From: Octopus vulgaris
Taxonomy: Eukaryota
DNA length: 64,000 nt
Assembly (NCBI GenBank): GCA_951406725.2
Contig: OX597815.1
Span: 29,016,001-29,080,000, forward strand
Direction: 5' to 3'
Shown: positions 12,396-27,638 of the stretch, in pieces
How positions within the stretch are numbered: position 1 is the first letter of the stretch
Layout of the letters: each line of letters opens with the position of its first letter
Notes under the pieces: generated by a model
What the model was told of the DNA's origin: nothing
Seen by the model: the letters and a program-made list of their open reading frames with translations, nothing else
Databases searched by the model: none
Translations under genes and position numbers: made by a program

Positions 12396-12785
12396 TTCTT
12401 TTATTCTTTTACTTGTTTCAGTCATTTGACTGCAGTCATGCTGGAGCACCGCCTTTAGTCGAGCAAATCGACCCCGGGATTTATTCTTTGTAAGCCTAGT
12501 ACTTATTCTATCGGGCTCTTTTGCCGAACTGCTAAGTTGCAGGGACGTAAACACACCAATATCGGTTGTCAAGCCATGGTGAGGGAACAAACACAGACAC
12601 ACAAACATACACACTCACACATACACACGAGCTTCTTTCAGTTTCTGTCAACCAAATCCACTCACAAGGCTTTGGTCCACCCGCGGCTATAGTAGAAGAC
12701 ACTTGCCCAAGGTGACACGAAGTGGGACTGAACCCGGAACCATGTGGTTGGTAAGCAAGCTACTTACCAGAAAAACCACTCCTGC
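12396..12785 (-). mobile_element. SINE family A copy
   Basis: Reverse-complement match to family A from head to tail. Confidence 0.9.
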
Positions 12786-12803
12786 AACTAATTTATATAA
12801 ATA

Positions 12804-12839
<36 letters not shown>

Positions 12840-12917
12840 TGTATGTATGTATGTATGTATGTATGAATGTTTGCATGTATGTATGTATGTATGTATGTAT
12901 GTATATATACATACATA

Positions 12918-12965
<48 letters not shown>

Positions 12966-12982
12966 CATAAATACATACATAT

Positions 12983-13390
12983 ACTCTTACTCTTTTACTC
13001 TTTTACTTGTTTCAGTCATTTGACTGCGGCCATGCTGGAGCACCGCCTTTAGTCGAGCAAATCGACCCCGGGACTTATTCTTTGTAAGCCCAGTACTTAT
13101 TCTATCGGTCTCTTTTGCCGAACCGCTAAGTGACGGGGACGTAAACACACCAGCATCGGTTGTCAAGCAATGCTAGGGGGACAAACACAGACACACAAAC
13201 ATATACACACACACTTATATATATATACATATATACGACAGGCTTCTTTCAGTTTCCGTCTACCAAATCCACTCACAAGGCATTGGTCGGCCCGGGGCTA
13301 TAGCAGAAGACACTTGCCCAAGATGCTACGCAGTGGGACTGAACCCGGAACCATGTGGTTGGTTAGCAAGCTACTTACCACACAGCCACT
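12983..13390 (-). mobile_element. SINE family A copy
   Basis: Near-consensus copy with (TACTCTTT)n tail repeats. Confidence 0.9.
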
Positions 13391-13434
13391 GCTTATATAT
13401 ATATATATACATATATATATACATATATACATAA

Positions 13435-13497
<63 letters not shown>

Positions 13498-14277
13498 CAC
13501 ATACACACGGATATTATTAAAGGTAAATACGTTGCCCAGGAGGGCAGCAGACAGCCAACGCTTATTTCTTTGTTTTGGAGAGACAAAAGGTCAGAGTACA
13601 GGGCAATCACGTGTCTTCAGATACTTACATTGTGTACGTTTTCAGTTATTTTGCTTCATTCATTCAGTTTGACACGTAACTTAATTCGTGACCTCCTGCC
13701 ATGGAGTCGGGGAAGGGGCATGGCAGTTGTGAGATTTGGTCTCATGACCAAACAATTAAGATTGTCTGAACAAAGATCTTAGATAAGTTCTGCTGGTGAC
13801 TCAGCTGTATGTTGCTTTACAATACTCAAAGACGGCAAGGTCCTTTTTAAAGCCTTTCACGACTTACTAAGAATTAAAATCCGTCACAACAGCAAGAACA
13901 AGCTCTTCGTGATTTTTTTTTTATATATACGAATCTTAGAGAGGCTTTTTTGCTTGTTTGGTGGGAGTAGGGTTCATTATATGCGCTTCGAAAATTTTAT
14001 GTCACCGAGTCGTATCCGTGATTGCCTTCCGTTTCGTGTATTCACGAATAGAATTATTTCATTTCCCATATGTAACATGTTTTTGAAGGTGTCATGAACG
14101 TCACAGTGTTCAATTTTTTCCAGCATAAAATTGCTGGCTTCCTGACTACGAACTCACACGAAGAATGCTAGGTGTGGTCAATCGGATTTACCTTTGCAAC
14201 ACGAGATGAATGAGTTTCTTCGGTGATTTCTCTACAGTGCAATAGTTTACCAAATATTTTCTATTGTTTTTCACACA

Positions 14278-14348
<71 letters not shown>

Positions 14349-15224
14349 ACACACACACTTACACACGAGATTTGTGTGTGCACTATGTATTGGTAATTTC
14401 TTGATCTTTTGCGATCTGTGGCAATCATTTTCTTATGATTAGACCTATTGACTGTACAGACGACGGAGGAGACGTAACGAAATATTTTGTAATCCATGCA
14501 TTTCCCAAAGAGAATTAGAGTATTAGTTATGTAAAATAAATGAAACGGCAGAAGCTAGAATTGAGACCAAGTCTTCTCAAATTTGCTTGAAGTTTATTTT
14601 TACTTTTCGGCATTTACCAAATAAAGAGAGTTGCAGACATAGTACATACAACACTTCCAGTTAGCTCCATATTAATCACATCAGTCTCACACATTCTTCT
14701 CCAGCATTCTGATTTGAGAAGCCACACACACACACACACAAGCTATAGGCGCTTCCCCTAATCAAACATCATCGTCGTCGTTGTTGTCGTCATCATCATC
14801 ACCATCAACATCATTATCATCATCTTCATCATCCTCCTGCTGTTATCCCTTCTTTTCCTTCCTTGACATGATAAAAATACTAAGGAAATTTAATCAGGTG
14901 TTTAAAGCATAAATAAACAAGTTACTCTTGTGTGTCACTTCAACAAAACATCAACTCAAGGGGAGAGCTATTCTTTTTATTTCTTTACAAACAACATGAA
15001 GACGTTAACGACCGTATTTATTGCTTCTGTGTTGTTGGATGGGGAAGAAAAGTAGAAACCAGCAGCAATATATAAAAACAAGTCAGCGAAGCCACAAAAT
15101 CTCTGTCGAGGACGTTAAAGCTGTTTCATACCGTAAAAAAACACTTCAAACTATTCAACTAAAGAAATTACAGTCACGACGAATTAACTCCGGCGAAAGA
15201 ATGTTGCCAAATAATGCCTCGTTA

Positions 15225-15574
<350 letters not shown>

Positions 15575-16099
15575 CGAGACAAATTTTAATCTATTACATA
15601 CAAGTATATTTGATGTATATAAGTATGTTTAAACACATATAAGATGCACCGAAAATATAGAGCAAAGTGAGACGGAAAGACCAGTTCAGAAGCTATAAAA
15701 TAAAGATAAGATTTTTATGAGCTAAGGTTTGAGTGTAGCAAAATTTTATGTAAAAGTTTATATGACAAGAATAACTGGGTCTCCACCTTCTTTAATACAC
15801 TAAATGGATCAATTTGTATGTCAGCTACAATTGGTAACGTGAGATAACGAATTACGTTAACGGGCTGGTTCATATGAAGTTAGAAGAAATATACTGGATA
15901 TACAGGACTAGCTTATGATGCGCCTGCTTCAGTTCGTCAAATTACGAGCTGAGTGAGGGATCGAACATTTATGTAAACTGCACAGTCATTTATATAAGAT
16001 TGACCCAGTCTCGTTATTAATCACAAGACATACCTGAATATGAGATTCAATTCCACGGGAGATCTAAAAGAATAATTGTGAATCAACAAAAGCATTTGA

Positions 16100-16370
16100 T
16101 CTATACATACATACCTACATACATACACACACACACATACATACATACATACATACATACATACATACATACATACATACATACATACATACATGCATGC
16201 GCAAGCTATTTTTATATATTTTATACATTTAGAGTATATTATATATATATACGTGTGTGTATATGTACGTATACGTATATATGCATAAACATATATATGC
16301 GTGTATATATATATGTATGTATCTATGTGTGTATATATATATATGTATGTATATATGTATATATGTATGC

Positions 16371-16419
<49 letters not shown>

Positions 16420-16712
16420 TGTATGTATGTATGCATGTATATATATATATGTATGCATGTGTGCATATATATATGTATGTATATATATATATGTATGTAT
16501 ATATATATGTATGCATGTGTGTATATATATATGTATGTATATATATATATGTATGTGTGTATATATGTGTGTGTAAATATATACATATATGTATGTGTGT
16601 GTGTATGTATATATATGTATGTATGTATATATATATATATATATTCATACATCCATACACATGTACACGCGTGCGCACACGAACATACACACACACACAC
16701 ACACACACACAC
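16100..16712. repeat. Compound (TACA)n/(TA)n/(TATG)n/(CA)n microsatellite
   Basis: Direct reading of the sequence. Confidence 0.95.
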
Positions 16713-18286
16713 TTACACGCGTGAACGCTAACACAAACCAGTCTTCGTTACACCAAACCGTTGTAAATAAACAGCAGCTACTATGAGAACATTTACCATC
16801 CTTAAATAGGCTGAAGACCTGCGTATCGTCATCACCCAATACAGTAAAAATCAGAAGCCAGCCAATGGCTTTATGTCAATGATATGCTGTACGCGGGGAC
16901 ACTTATATTTTACCCTTTCTGTATTGTTTTCATAATATCCAATTACGAACATAAGCTTTTGATATTTGAATTCAGTTGAGAAATACAAGAGGCTAATTAA
17001 TCTACCCATGGTTCACTTCACTTCAGAGATGTTGAAAACATGTGACAAACCCTGAAGTTACTCGTTCTTAAAATTCGGAAAAGAAAATGACACATTATAA
17101 GCTGTTGTAGTGAATGACAGGTGTACAAGTATGTCATAACTAGCTTGATCTGATAGCACCAAAGAGATTTATAACAGATCGTGTTAAGCTAAGATCTATT
17201 CAGTGAAGGATTCCCTGTTCAGCATAAACAGAAATATACCAGAAAGGAAGAAAGGAAGAAAGAAAAAAGAAAGATAGATAGATAGATACACAGATAACAA
17301 TATTTGTAACTCACATAGGCAAAAAGAAGAAAAATAACGAAATCAAACAGTCTTCGATTAATTATGGACGCGTTTCTGGGTTAGAATTATACAAATTCAT
17401 TCCCGTTTGTATAATACATACATGCATACATAAATACATACATACATACATACATAAATACATACATACATGCATACATACATACATACATACATACATA
17501 CATACATACATACATACATACATACATACATACATACATACATACATACATACATACATAGAAAGACGTTGATTCTTTTAAAAATATATTTACAACTTGC
17601 CGCTTCATTCGGTTTATTTTTCTCTATTTTTCCCACATTTTCCATCTGATTTTTCTTTCACATTACCTTTTTTTATTTTCTCTCGTTATTTAATTTTTTT
17701 TTTTTTTTTACTTCTTCGGTCCTTTTTTTTTTTTTGTTCCCTGTACCCAATTCATTTAATATGGATTTTTTTTGTTTATCCTGAATTCCATTCCTTTAAA
17801 TCATTTGTGTTGAAAATAACTCACTCATATAGAAAAAACTAAACGATGGTAGTTTCCTGTGTGGAATAAAGAAAACGAATGAATGAGACGCCATTTTGTT
17901 AATATTTTCCTTCTCTTTAGTCATTAGAATTTCCAAACATCCTCTTCAATTTGTCAGAAAGCTCCGCACAAAACAGTTTTAGTCCTTGACAGATTTATCA
18001 ACATCTCAAGGATGAGATAAACAAGTATGTCTCGGTTCTCTTTAAGACACTTTCCTTCGTCTTACTTATTTTCCTTTTTCTATTCATAAAGAATGTAACT
18101 AATTAAATCTATGGAACCTACACTCTTAGATATTATTCTCTATGTTCATGGTGTCTGCAACTGCCGACTGTGTTTTTTTTTTTTTTTTTTTTCTTCTCTT
18201 CTTTCCACCGTTGTACAACACACATACACATGCGTGTTCTTAAAAACAATCGTAAATACCAATATATACATAAACTGGAGCGCATG

Positions 18287-18321
<35 letters not shown>

Positions 18322-18348
18322 TAGACAGGAAGAGAGAGAGAGCGATAG

Positions 18349-18680
<332 letters not shown>

Positions 18681-18959
18681 CAGCTAGACAAATTATACGT
18701 TTGTTTCATATTAAATTGTTTATGTGTGCAATGTCGGTAAGATTAGATACGTTAGATAAATCACATCATGTACACATATACTTAATGGCGTTTGAAGGCT
18801 TACATACTAAATCCAGTGGGTTTACGTATTTTCCCATTACTATATCCATACATATATGCACCTCACGATATTTTTCTCTATCTTTTTTCTGTCTTGTTGT
18901 GTGTGTGTAAGCATTTTAGCTACACATACACACAAACATTCTCACTCATACACGCACGC

Positions 18960-19320
18960 CATCATCATCATCATCTTCATTTTTAGTTCATTTTCCCATG
19001 CTTGCAAGGTTTGGACAGATTTCTCCAGCACAGTCTTTCACCAGTTGCTTTGGTCTTTTCTCGTCTCCTTTGTGAGGTTAAGCCTCTTGATGTTTATCTT
19101 GACCATACTTTTCCTTGTCTTCCTACTTCCGCATGTTCCTTCAACTCGGATCGCTTGGCAGTTCTTCACCAAACTCTCATCCTCATACACGTAACGTGGC
19201 CGTACCAATTTAGAGTTCTTTCTTATACACTGTATGTAATTCCTGTTACACCCAATTTTCCTCTCGGCTCACTTTTACTCCGTCCTTCATGCTTACGAAT
19301 ATTACATATCCAGTGGGGGA
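18960..19320 (-). mobile_element. Degenerate RTE-clade LINE 3' fragment
   Basis: Minus-strand pieces translate to WYGHV and VEGTCGS...RK, matching the RTE C-terminal LRWxGHV...VEGxRxRGRP pattern; ends in a (GAT)n tail. Confidence 0.6.
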
Positions 19321-20308
19321 TATGTAATATTCATCTAGTCTTAATATTTCAAGTTAAAAACTACTTTTCAAAGCTTTTAAAAACGATAAATGACGGATTT
19401 CTTTTGTCGATGTGCTAGATCCTTGTGTATGAAAGCGTAGTATTTGGGACTATTACTTGTGCTCCATTGACTATGTGTTATGATAGAATGACGTGTGCGT
19501 AAAGGTGAAGTTGGACAAGTACTGTGTCATCGAATTCACACAGTACATTGACGCTCATTGTTTCGCGCAGGTTAGGAATTTCAACCGTGTTTCGTGGTCT
19601 GCTACCACAACAGCTCCTTTATAGGATCCAGTTAGCTCAAGACATCATCAGGAGGAACCACGTCCGGTTTCGGCCCCTACTCCTCTACCGTTTTGACGTG
19701 GCGCCCCCCCCCTTCGCAGGTGTCTTCAGCTCTGTTGTTGGGTGCATGTCTTCTTTCTTCTGTTCTCTGGCCTCTTCGATGTAGCGTCAACGAGTGTCTG
19801 CGGGCGACTATTATTGGCAGTTTTTTTTTTTTTTTTTACAAGAATGGCTTATCTGTGAGTTGCCGACATGCCGCTCTAAAGCTTTAAAGGTAACAGCGAG
19901 GACTTTGTTCATGTTTCTGCATTTTTCGAGGTGTCTTTTTTTTCTTTCTCTTTGAAAGAGTCCTGGCATGTATCTTTGAAAGAAGAGCAGAGAGATGCAC
20001 TTTTAATTCGGACATGTGGCGACCGAGTCGCACTGCTGATATAACATTTGTTACATGTAGCACTGTGAATGTGATATTCGGTCTCCGTACGTAGGCAGGT
20101 GTCTGTGTTGCGTATGTTTTTATCGTCATGCTTTATTTTATGTTTTTGGTGTTTTTTTCCATATCAATTCTGCATAAATCACCAACATGTACATTTGTTG
20201 TCCGTGTATTATCACCTTATCGAGTACCCTTGTGGCAAATAAAAAAAACCCTCTTCCACTACCTCCTCCATTTCCTCTTCCTCCTCCTCCTAATCATCAT
20301 CATCATCA

Positions 20309-20362
<54 letters not shown>

Positions 20363-20363
<1 letters not shown>

Positions 20364-20582
20364 AGGCGGCGAGCAGGCAAAATCGTTAGCACGCCGGGCG
20401 AAATGCTTAGCGATATTTCGTTTGCCGCTACGTTCTGAGTTAAAATTCCGCCGAGGTTGACTTTGCCTTTCATCCTTTCGGGGTCGATAAATTAAGTACC
20501 GATTGAGTGCTGGGGTCGATATAATCGACTATCACTCTCCCCCAAATTTCAGGCCTTGTGCCTATAGTAGAAAGGATTATTA
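20363..20582 (+). mobile_element. SINE family B, short-tail subfamily
   Basis: Full head and core, tail AAATTTCAGGCCTTGTGCCTATAGTAGAAAGGATTATT; lies in an (ATT)n array. Confidence 0.9.
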
Positions 20583-21035
20583 TTAATATCGTCATCATGT
20601 CGATGAGACATTAAATTAGATAATTTATAACTTGAAGCCACCGATAAGATACGAGTTCTTAACTCAAATCCACACCAAAAGAAAATCTGATAAAAAATAT
20701 ATTTGATTTATACTATTTGCAAAATAATGTATTTAACTGATATACAGTTATTACATAAAAACGTCTCCTCTTAAAAAAGCTGATTTTGTGGTATTTTAAT
20801 CAATACTAATGTGAACTATATTAGTTTCTCGTTAGCCCTTAATTAAAATATTACAAAATCTCTGCCTTCCTCCGGAAATAAAAAAGGAACCATGCGCTGT
20901 TTAAGAAGTAATATGTGTATAGATATTTATATACATGAGTGTGTTAGGCCTATACGTGTGTTAGTTTCTTTACATGTATGTATGCATGTATGTGTGCGTA
21001 TATATGTATGTGTGTGTGTGTATGTGTGTGTGTGT

Positions 21036-21087
<52 letters not shown>

Positions 21088-21289
21088 GGAGAGAGAGAGA
21101 GATGGGAGAGAGAGAATTATAAGCCTTCACCATGTATTGACATCGACAATAGAAAATAATCTTATATTAAGGCATATAAGAGCCGGTAAGGGAAAAAAAG
21201 GCAATTTGTACTAATGCTTATTTTTCCGTTAAGGGGGCTTATATGCCCTAGTATAGAACTGTTTTCTATGGTGAAAATATAGTGAAGGC

Positions 21290-21520
21290 AAGGCGGCGAG
21301 CTAGGAGAATCGTCAGCACGCCGGGTTAAATGCTTAGCGGTGATTCGCCCGTCGCTTCGTTCTGAGTTCAAATTCCAGCGAGGTCGACTTTGACTTTCAT
21401 CCTTTCGGGGTGTCGATAAATTAAGAACCAGTTGCGTAGTGAGGTCGATCTAATTGACTGCCTCCCACCCCCACGCCCTCCCCAAAAAATTTCGGGCCTT
21501 CTGCCTAGAGTAGAAAAAAA
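21290..21520 (+). mobile_element. SINE family B, short-tail subfamily
   Basis: GGCGGCGAGCTAGGAGAATCG...; flanked by TAGTGAAGGC direct repeats (possible TSD). Confidence 0.85.
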
Positions 21521-21879
21521 TATGTAGTGAAGGCTTATAATTCTATTTACAAAATTTCAATCGCCACCGATTCTTAATTCACACGTTTACATACATACAT
21601 ACAATCACACGCACACACGCAAACACACACACACACACACGCACGCACACACATACACACATATTTACATATCTCAGTAAAATTACCTTTTATTGACAAG
21701 TTACTTTATTAATGCCAACTGCCTGCTCTCTGCATTTAGTCATGGCAGGTGTTATATATCTATGTATTACATATATATGATATATATATGTATGTATATT
21801 TGTGAATATTTCTAATCTCTAAATATCATGTATATATGTTTATATATATAATGTACATATATATATATATATATATATA

Positions 21880-22355
<476 letters not shown>

Positions 22356-23386
22356 TACATCAGCATTCGTTTATATTTGGCAGGAATATTTTGAACGACT
22401 GTGTCAGCGGAGAGAATTATCCTCTATCAAATTTGAAATATAACCAAATACAAACGATAATCCTTTCGACAAAGAAATCAAGATTTAAACGAGGTGGTTT
22501 AAATAATCTGGTGAGTTTCATCTTTAATCTTTGAAATGATTTCTAAAATAAACTATTAATTTTTTTTAAAGGGTTAATATTGTCTTTTATGTTTTATCTA
22601 TTACTTTTATCTTTTACTTGTTTTAAAAATTGGACTGCGGCCATGCTATGGCCTCGCTTTGAAGGTTTTTAGTCGAATAAATCTTTTGCCAATCTTTAAG
22701 TCACAGGGATGCAAAATTAGCCACGATTGGATTTGAACTCAGGGCCCGTCCCTCTCTCCAATAAATTTGAAAGTTTTGCCTACGTAAGAAATCAGTCATG
22801 TTTCTTACATGAAACGATATCATCGTGCTGTTTGTTTAGCCCCAGGTCAATCCTGACAAACCAGATCAATGATCAAAGGGGTTCCAGGTGTAATGATTCT
22901 GTCGTTTTTTGTAAATCTAGTATTACATTCCCCAATGTGACTTTTTTTTTCTTCAAACAGTAGGGTTCGATCCTATGGAATTTGACTGCTATTTCCGCCA
23001 CTTCGAGTGGCCGCGCAGAGGTTCTCTCAGTGGTAAATGAATCCTAAGTTCGTATTGTGCAGCGTCTCAAAATAAAACCCTCGTCAGTACTTCTTTTAAT
23101 GATATTATGTAAAACAAATTAAAATAATCATAATTTGTCTATATTTAGTTATAGCTCTTTTGGTTTTTATTCAATGATTCAAAAATATAAAGAAGGTGTG
23201 GTAGCGGAAATAACAGCTGCGATGCTTGTTTCTGTGTAGTGACACACGTTGGACTTTTAAAAAGAAAATCTTTTTGCAATATCATATAAAAAATCTTATC
23301 TATAAGCTTATCTCGAGAGAGTGATTAAGCTAATAATAGACTCACGCAGTGGTTCTATTTCACTTATTACCATTATTATTATTATT

Positions 23387-23942
23387 GAGTGAGAGAGCAG
23401 TGCATGCCATCAAAATGACACTGGGGTAAAATATACAAAGCCCAGTATACCCATCATGACTACCTGTCTGATAAGGGTACACTAGGCACATGCATCACAA
23501 CCAAATGAGCGCGACATGGTGATATCACATCAAGATAAACAGCACATGGCCTTGCATGTGAGGCCCAGTTAGAATTTTCTTCTGGTCGAGTAACCCATTC
23601 TGCTCAAAAGGTCCCTGAATAAGGGTTGTCTAAGGATGTTGAACGAAACACCCATGTTTCCAGAGGTGAATTATTCAAACCCCAAAGAATTCCTCTCAAC
23701 ACATGGCTATGATGCTCCCCCACTACTTCTGCTCGTGACCAGAGATGCACATATCGTCAGCCACTAAGGGACATGCTCAACTAGTTACGGTCAAACAACC
23801 GACAAGCAAATCTGTGGTATTGAGCAGAATATTTGCTGTAGCCCATCTTTTATACCAAGTCAAAACAATGTACATGATAACACTTCCAATCAGTTAAGAT
23901 CAGAAGCCATGAGAGCCACTGCCTGGTACTGCATCGGGGCAT
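23387..23942. mobile_element. Unclassified non-coding insert in an (ATT)n array
   Basis: ~555-bp block of higher GC content with sharp boundaries and (ATT)n on both sides; no long ORF. Confidence 0.45.
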
Positions 23943-24010
23943 TTATTATTATTATTATTTTTTTTTTTTTTTTTTTTTTATTTTTTTTTTTTTTATTATT
24001 ATTATTATCA

Positions 24011-24440
24011 TGGCAGCGAGCTGGCAGAGTCGTTAGCACACCAGGCGAAATGCTCAGCAGCATTTCTTTACGTTCTGACTTCAAATTCCGCCGGGGTATA
24101 CTTTGTCTTTCATCTTATCGGGGTCGATGAAAAAGAGTACCAGTCGAGTACTGGGGTCGATATAATCGACTATCTTTCTCCCCTAATTTTAGGCCTTACG
24201 CCTTTAATAGAAATGATTATTATTATTATCATTAAGGTAGCGAGCTGACAGAATCGTTAGCACGCCAAACAAAATGCTTAGCGGCATTTCGTCCGTCATT
24301 GCGTACTGAATTCAAATTTGTCTTTCATCCTTTCGTGGTCGATAAATTAAGTACCTGTCGAACACTGGGATCGATGTAATCGACTAGTCCCCTACCCCGA
24401 AATTTCAGGCCTTGTGTCTTCAGTAGAAAGAATAATAATT
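24011..24440 (+). mobile_element. Tandem pair of SINE family B short-tail copies
   Basis: Heads at ~24011 and ~24235, each followed by core and GGCCTT...AGAAA tail with ATT repeats. Confidence 0.85.
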
Positions 24441-25250
24441 ATTATTATATAATAACCGATTAACTAATCGATTGTTTGATTAATCTTTTCAGTCTGATTA
24501 ATCTTTCAGTCTGTCAATCAGCCGTCAGTCTATTTCGTCAGAGTCCCTTCGACGCCATTCGCGACCTTGTCACTGACATGCTTTCCGTACTTCAGGTCAA
24601 CTTCACGTCAAGGATCTTGCAAACCAAATGCAAAAACGAAATTATCTATACGCATTTACCCAAAGGTAGAATGCACACACACACACACACACACACATAC
24701 GCTCACATGTGCATATTCATATACATATATTCATACATACTTACCGAATATCAATAAAATAAAACCTATACATGTGTGTGTGTGTCTCAGTGACACTCCA
24801 ATAATATGCAGGATCATGTTATAAAAGCCTTATTTATAAAGATTTTACCTATAACTAAAACACATCTATACACATGATATTCCAACAACAGGGTTATTAG
24901 TGAAATTAACATTTCAGCGGGCTTAAAGGGTTTGCCAACACTGATGCCGGATTAAATGCTATGTAATAGCATTTAATCACGCCTCTCTCCATTTGCAGCA
25001 GGAATACTGTCGTAGTTAACTTCCCTTTTCAGCTTCCCGTTATCGAGAAAAATTAATATCAGACGTATACGGTGTCGATTTAATTCCCAACGCCAAAGTG
25101 AGAGAATTCATGTGTCAAAAGCCAAACAGATAAACAAATACTTTCTATAGTCTTACTAGTTTCAGACAGAGGCTGTGGTCATGCTGGGGCACCGCCTTTA
25201 GTTTGATAGGTTTTCATTTCACACACACTAGCCCTATCTCTCCTCGGAAC

Positions 25251-25461
25251 GAGCTGGCAGAAACGTTAGCACACCGGGTGAAATGCGTAGCCGTATTTCG
25301 TCTGCCATTACGTTCTGAGTTCGATTTTGCCTTTCATCCTTTCGGGGTCGATAAATTAAGTACCAGTTGCGCACTGGGGTCGATGTAATCGACTTAATCC
25401 GTTTGTCTGTCTTTGTTTGTCCCCTCTATGTTTAGCCTCTTGTGGGTAGTAAAGAAATATG
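25251..25461 (+). mobile_element. SINE family B, long-tail subfamily (slightly 5'-truncated)
   Basis: 16-bp TSD TATCTCTCCTCGGAAC at 25235-25250 and 25462-25477; tail TTTAGCCTCTTGTGGGTAGTAAAGAAAT. Confidence 0.92.
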
Positions 25462-25948
25462 TATCTCTCCTCGGAACTATGTCTGGTGAAGTAGCGAGTT
25501 GGACAGAGCTGCTCTTTTAGATAAATAAATAAATGAATAAATAAATAAATAAATAAATAAATGTTATTTATAACAAGTAATGGTTTGACCCTTTTTTTTT
25601 TTTTTATTAAAAGTAAATTTCAAATGTTATCTTCAACTAAAAAAGGGGTAGGGATATGATGTGCTGCTAAGAAAAGCGAGCCTTTCCTAAGAATAACTTC
25701 GACGTTTCTTCTTTCACTTCTCTTTTACGTAAGCGAAGTGGATAAAAAGGAATTTCACATAAGGAAATATCTTAAAGTAATTCAAGTATATAAAATAAAA
25801 CTTGTAATGTACTGACATATAAACACGTGACTAATAAATTGCTGTTAGCACGCTGTGTTCTGAACACAAATCGTAAATGATACTTATATTAAAAGCAATA
25901 AGTTTCTCGCTTCTTTCATGATTGTGACAACGCAGTTTTAAAATGATA

Positions 25949-25979
<31 letters not shown>

Positions 25980-27237
25980 CTGTCTGTGTGTGTGAGTGTG
26001 TGTTGTTGTTGTTGTTATTGTTACTGGTTTCAGTTATACATGAAACTATGCTGGAGATTTCTGTGGATGCTTATAACGTTATAATGATCCGAGTAATTTG
26101 TCTGGATATTTAAATCAAATTCGGCCTTACCAATTTACCTTTGATATCAAGGTTGGATTTTTTTTTAGGTACCCAGATAAGTTACTCTAATAGATATATG
26201 TATGTGTACGTTCGTGTATGTGTGTGTATGCGTATGAATATGCGCGTTTGTGCGTAGGTCGTATATGTAACACATGATTACATATTTATAAATCTGCCAC
26301 AATAATTAAAATTTATCTCAGTTCAAACCAAGTGAATTTTTCTACACGGATACTAGGAATAGCAACCCCAATTGCTTTCTTAGCTTCCACCACTACCACC
26401 ACCACCACCACCACCACCACCACCACTCCACACGCACACGCACACACATCGTCTTAAAGATAAGGCAGACACATTGGAAATTGTCGCTCTTTTTTTACAA
26501 TATATCTGAACAATAGATGGAATAGCCACGGCCGGATTATTTGTGGTCATAATTCTATTTAACCAGAGCTGACTTAGAACTAAATACCAGCAACGAAAAC
26601 AATAATTAATCTCAGAATGTATATTTTATTTCATTGATATTCGATATTACAGACAGTCAAGTAACGCGTCTTTTTAATATACTAGAGCAATACGGTAAGT
26701 GTTAAAGACTCCCTTGCACACGATATACATATCAAAGTAAAAGAAAAGTGTGGAGTAAAGAAACACGAAAAAGAGACGCGGCTATATACGTAATAATCAT
26801 GGAAGCATATTGTAAGAGATGCTATTGTCAGTTAAACATACAATGAAGCAATAGGTAGGAAAGTGGGGGGGAGAAGACAATAGACGAGAAAGAGAAGTAA
26901 ACTGGGAGAGAAGGGAGCTAGGTAGACTTCTTCATTGACAGTACAGTTGTCTCAGCCATCGACAATGGCGACAACGATGACGGCAGTCTCACTTGAATGG
27001 AAAGCTTTCGAGTGCTTTCTCTAACTAATGTCCAGTGCTTCGTGACACAAGTCTGTTTGGTGACAATCTGTGAACACAAGATAGTATAAGACGTCTTAAG
27101 GACACGCAGCTCTTTCACAGCTCAATTAACTTCACGGAATTACTACTTGGCTTGTGTCAAGTGGAGATTCGAAAGGAGTCGGTTTGTAATTGGGGAAATA
27201 CACTCATAAAACTTTGCCAGCAAATTGAGAAGATACT

Positions 27238-27299
<62 letters not shown>

Positions 27300-27601
27300 G
27301 AGATAGAGAGAGACAGGCAGACAGATGTTCCTCTGCGTGTGTGTATGTGTGCGCGTGAGCATGCAAGAGGGAGGAATTTAACTCACTTTCTTCTATAGTG
27401 AGTTCATATGGTACGGTACGATGTGAAGTCCTAGTTAACACTATCACATAAGTACGAATGTTTCCAGCCCAACCCTATGTCAGAATTTGTGTTTTCATAT
27501 TTTTATACAAATATTGTAAAACATGTTAGAGTATATCTTTCTATTTCTTTTATAATTGGATGTCATACAGTTATGTAGATATCAAGTATGTTCCATCACA
27601 A

Positions 27602-27635
<34 letters not shown>

Positions 27636-27638
<3 letters not shown>

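Larger units (their letters stand above)
11007..12398. mobile_element. Palindromic Penelope-like pseudo-LTR element with hammerhead motifs, interrupted by a Helitron and a SINE
   Basis: After removing 11116-11510 and 11945-12177, 11007-11770 is the reverse complement of 11800-12398 (e.g. AAAAAATCGATCATTATCCCTTACAGCTGTTTC vs GAAACAGCTGTAAGGGATAATGATCGATTTTTT). Each arm carries TCCC-N-CTGAA(G/C)A...GAAACAGCTGTA-AGGGA. Confidence 0.8.

Noticed and set aside
26900-27150. Possible host exon in unique sequence (66-aa minus ORF)
   Set aside because: No recognisable domain or convincing splice signals; a UTR or enhancer cannot be excluded without transcript data.
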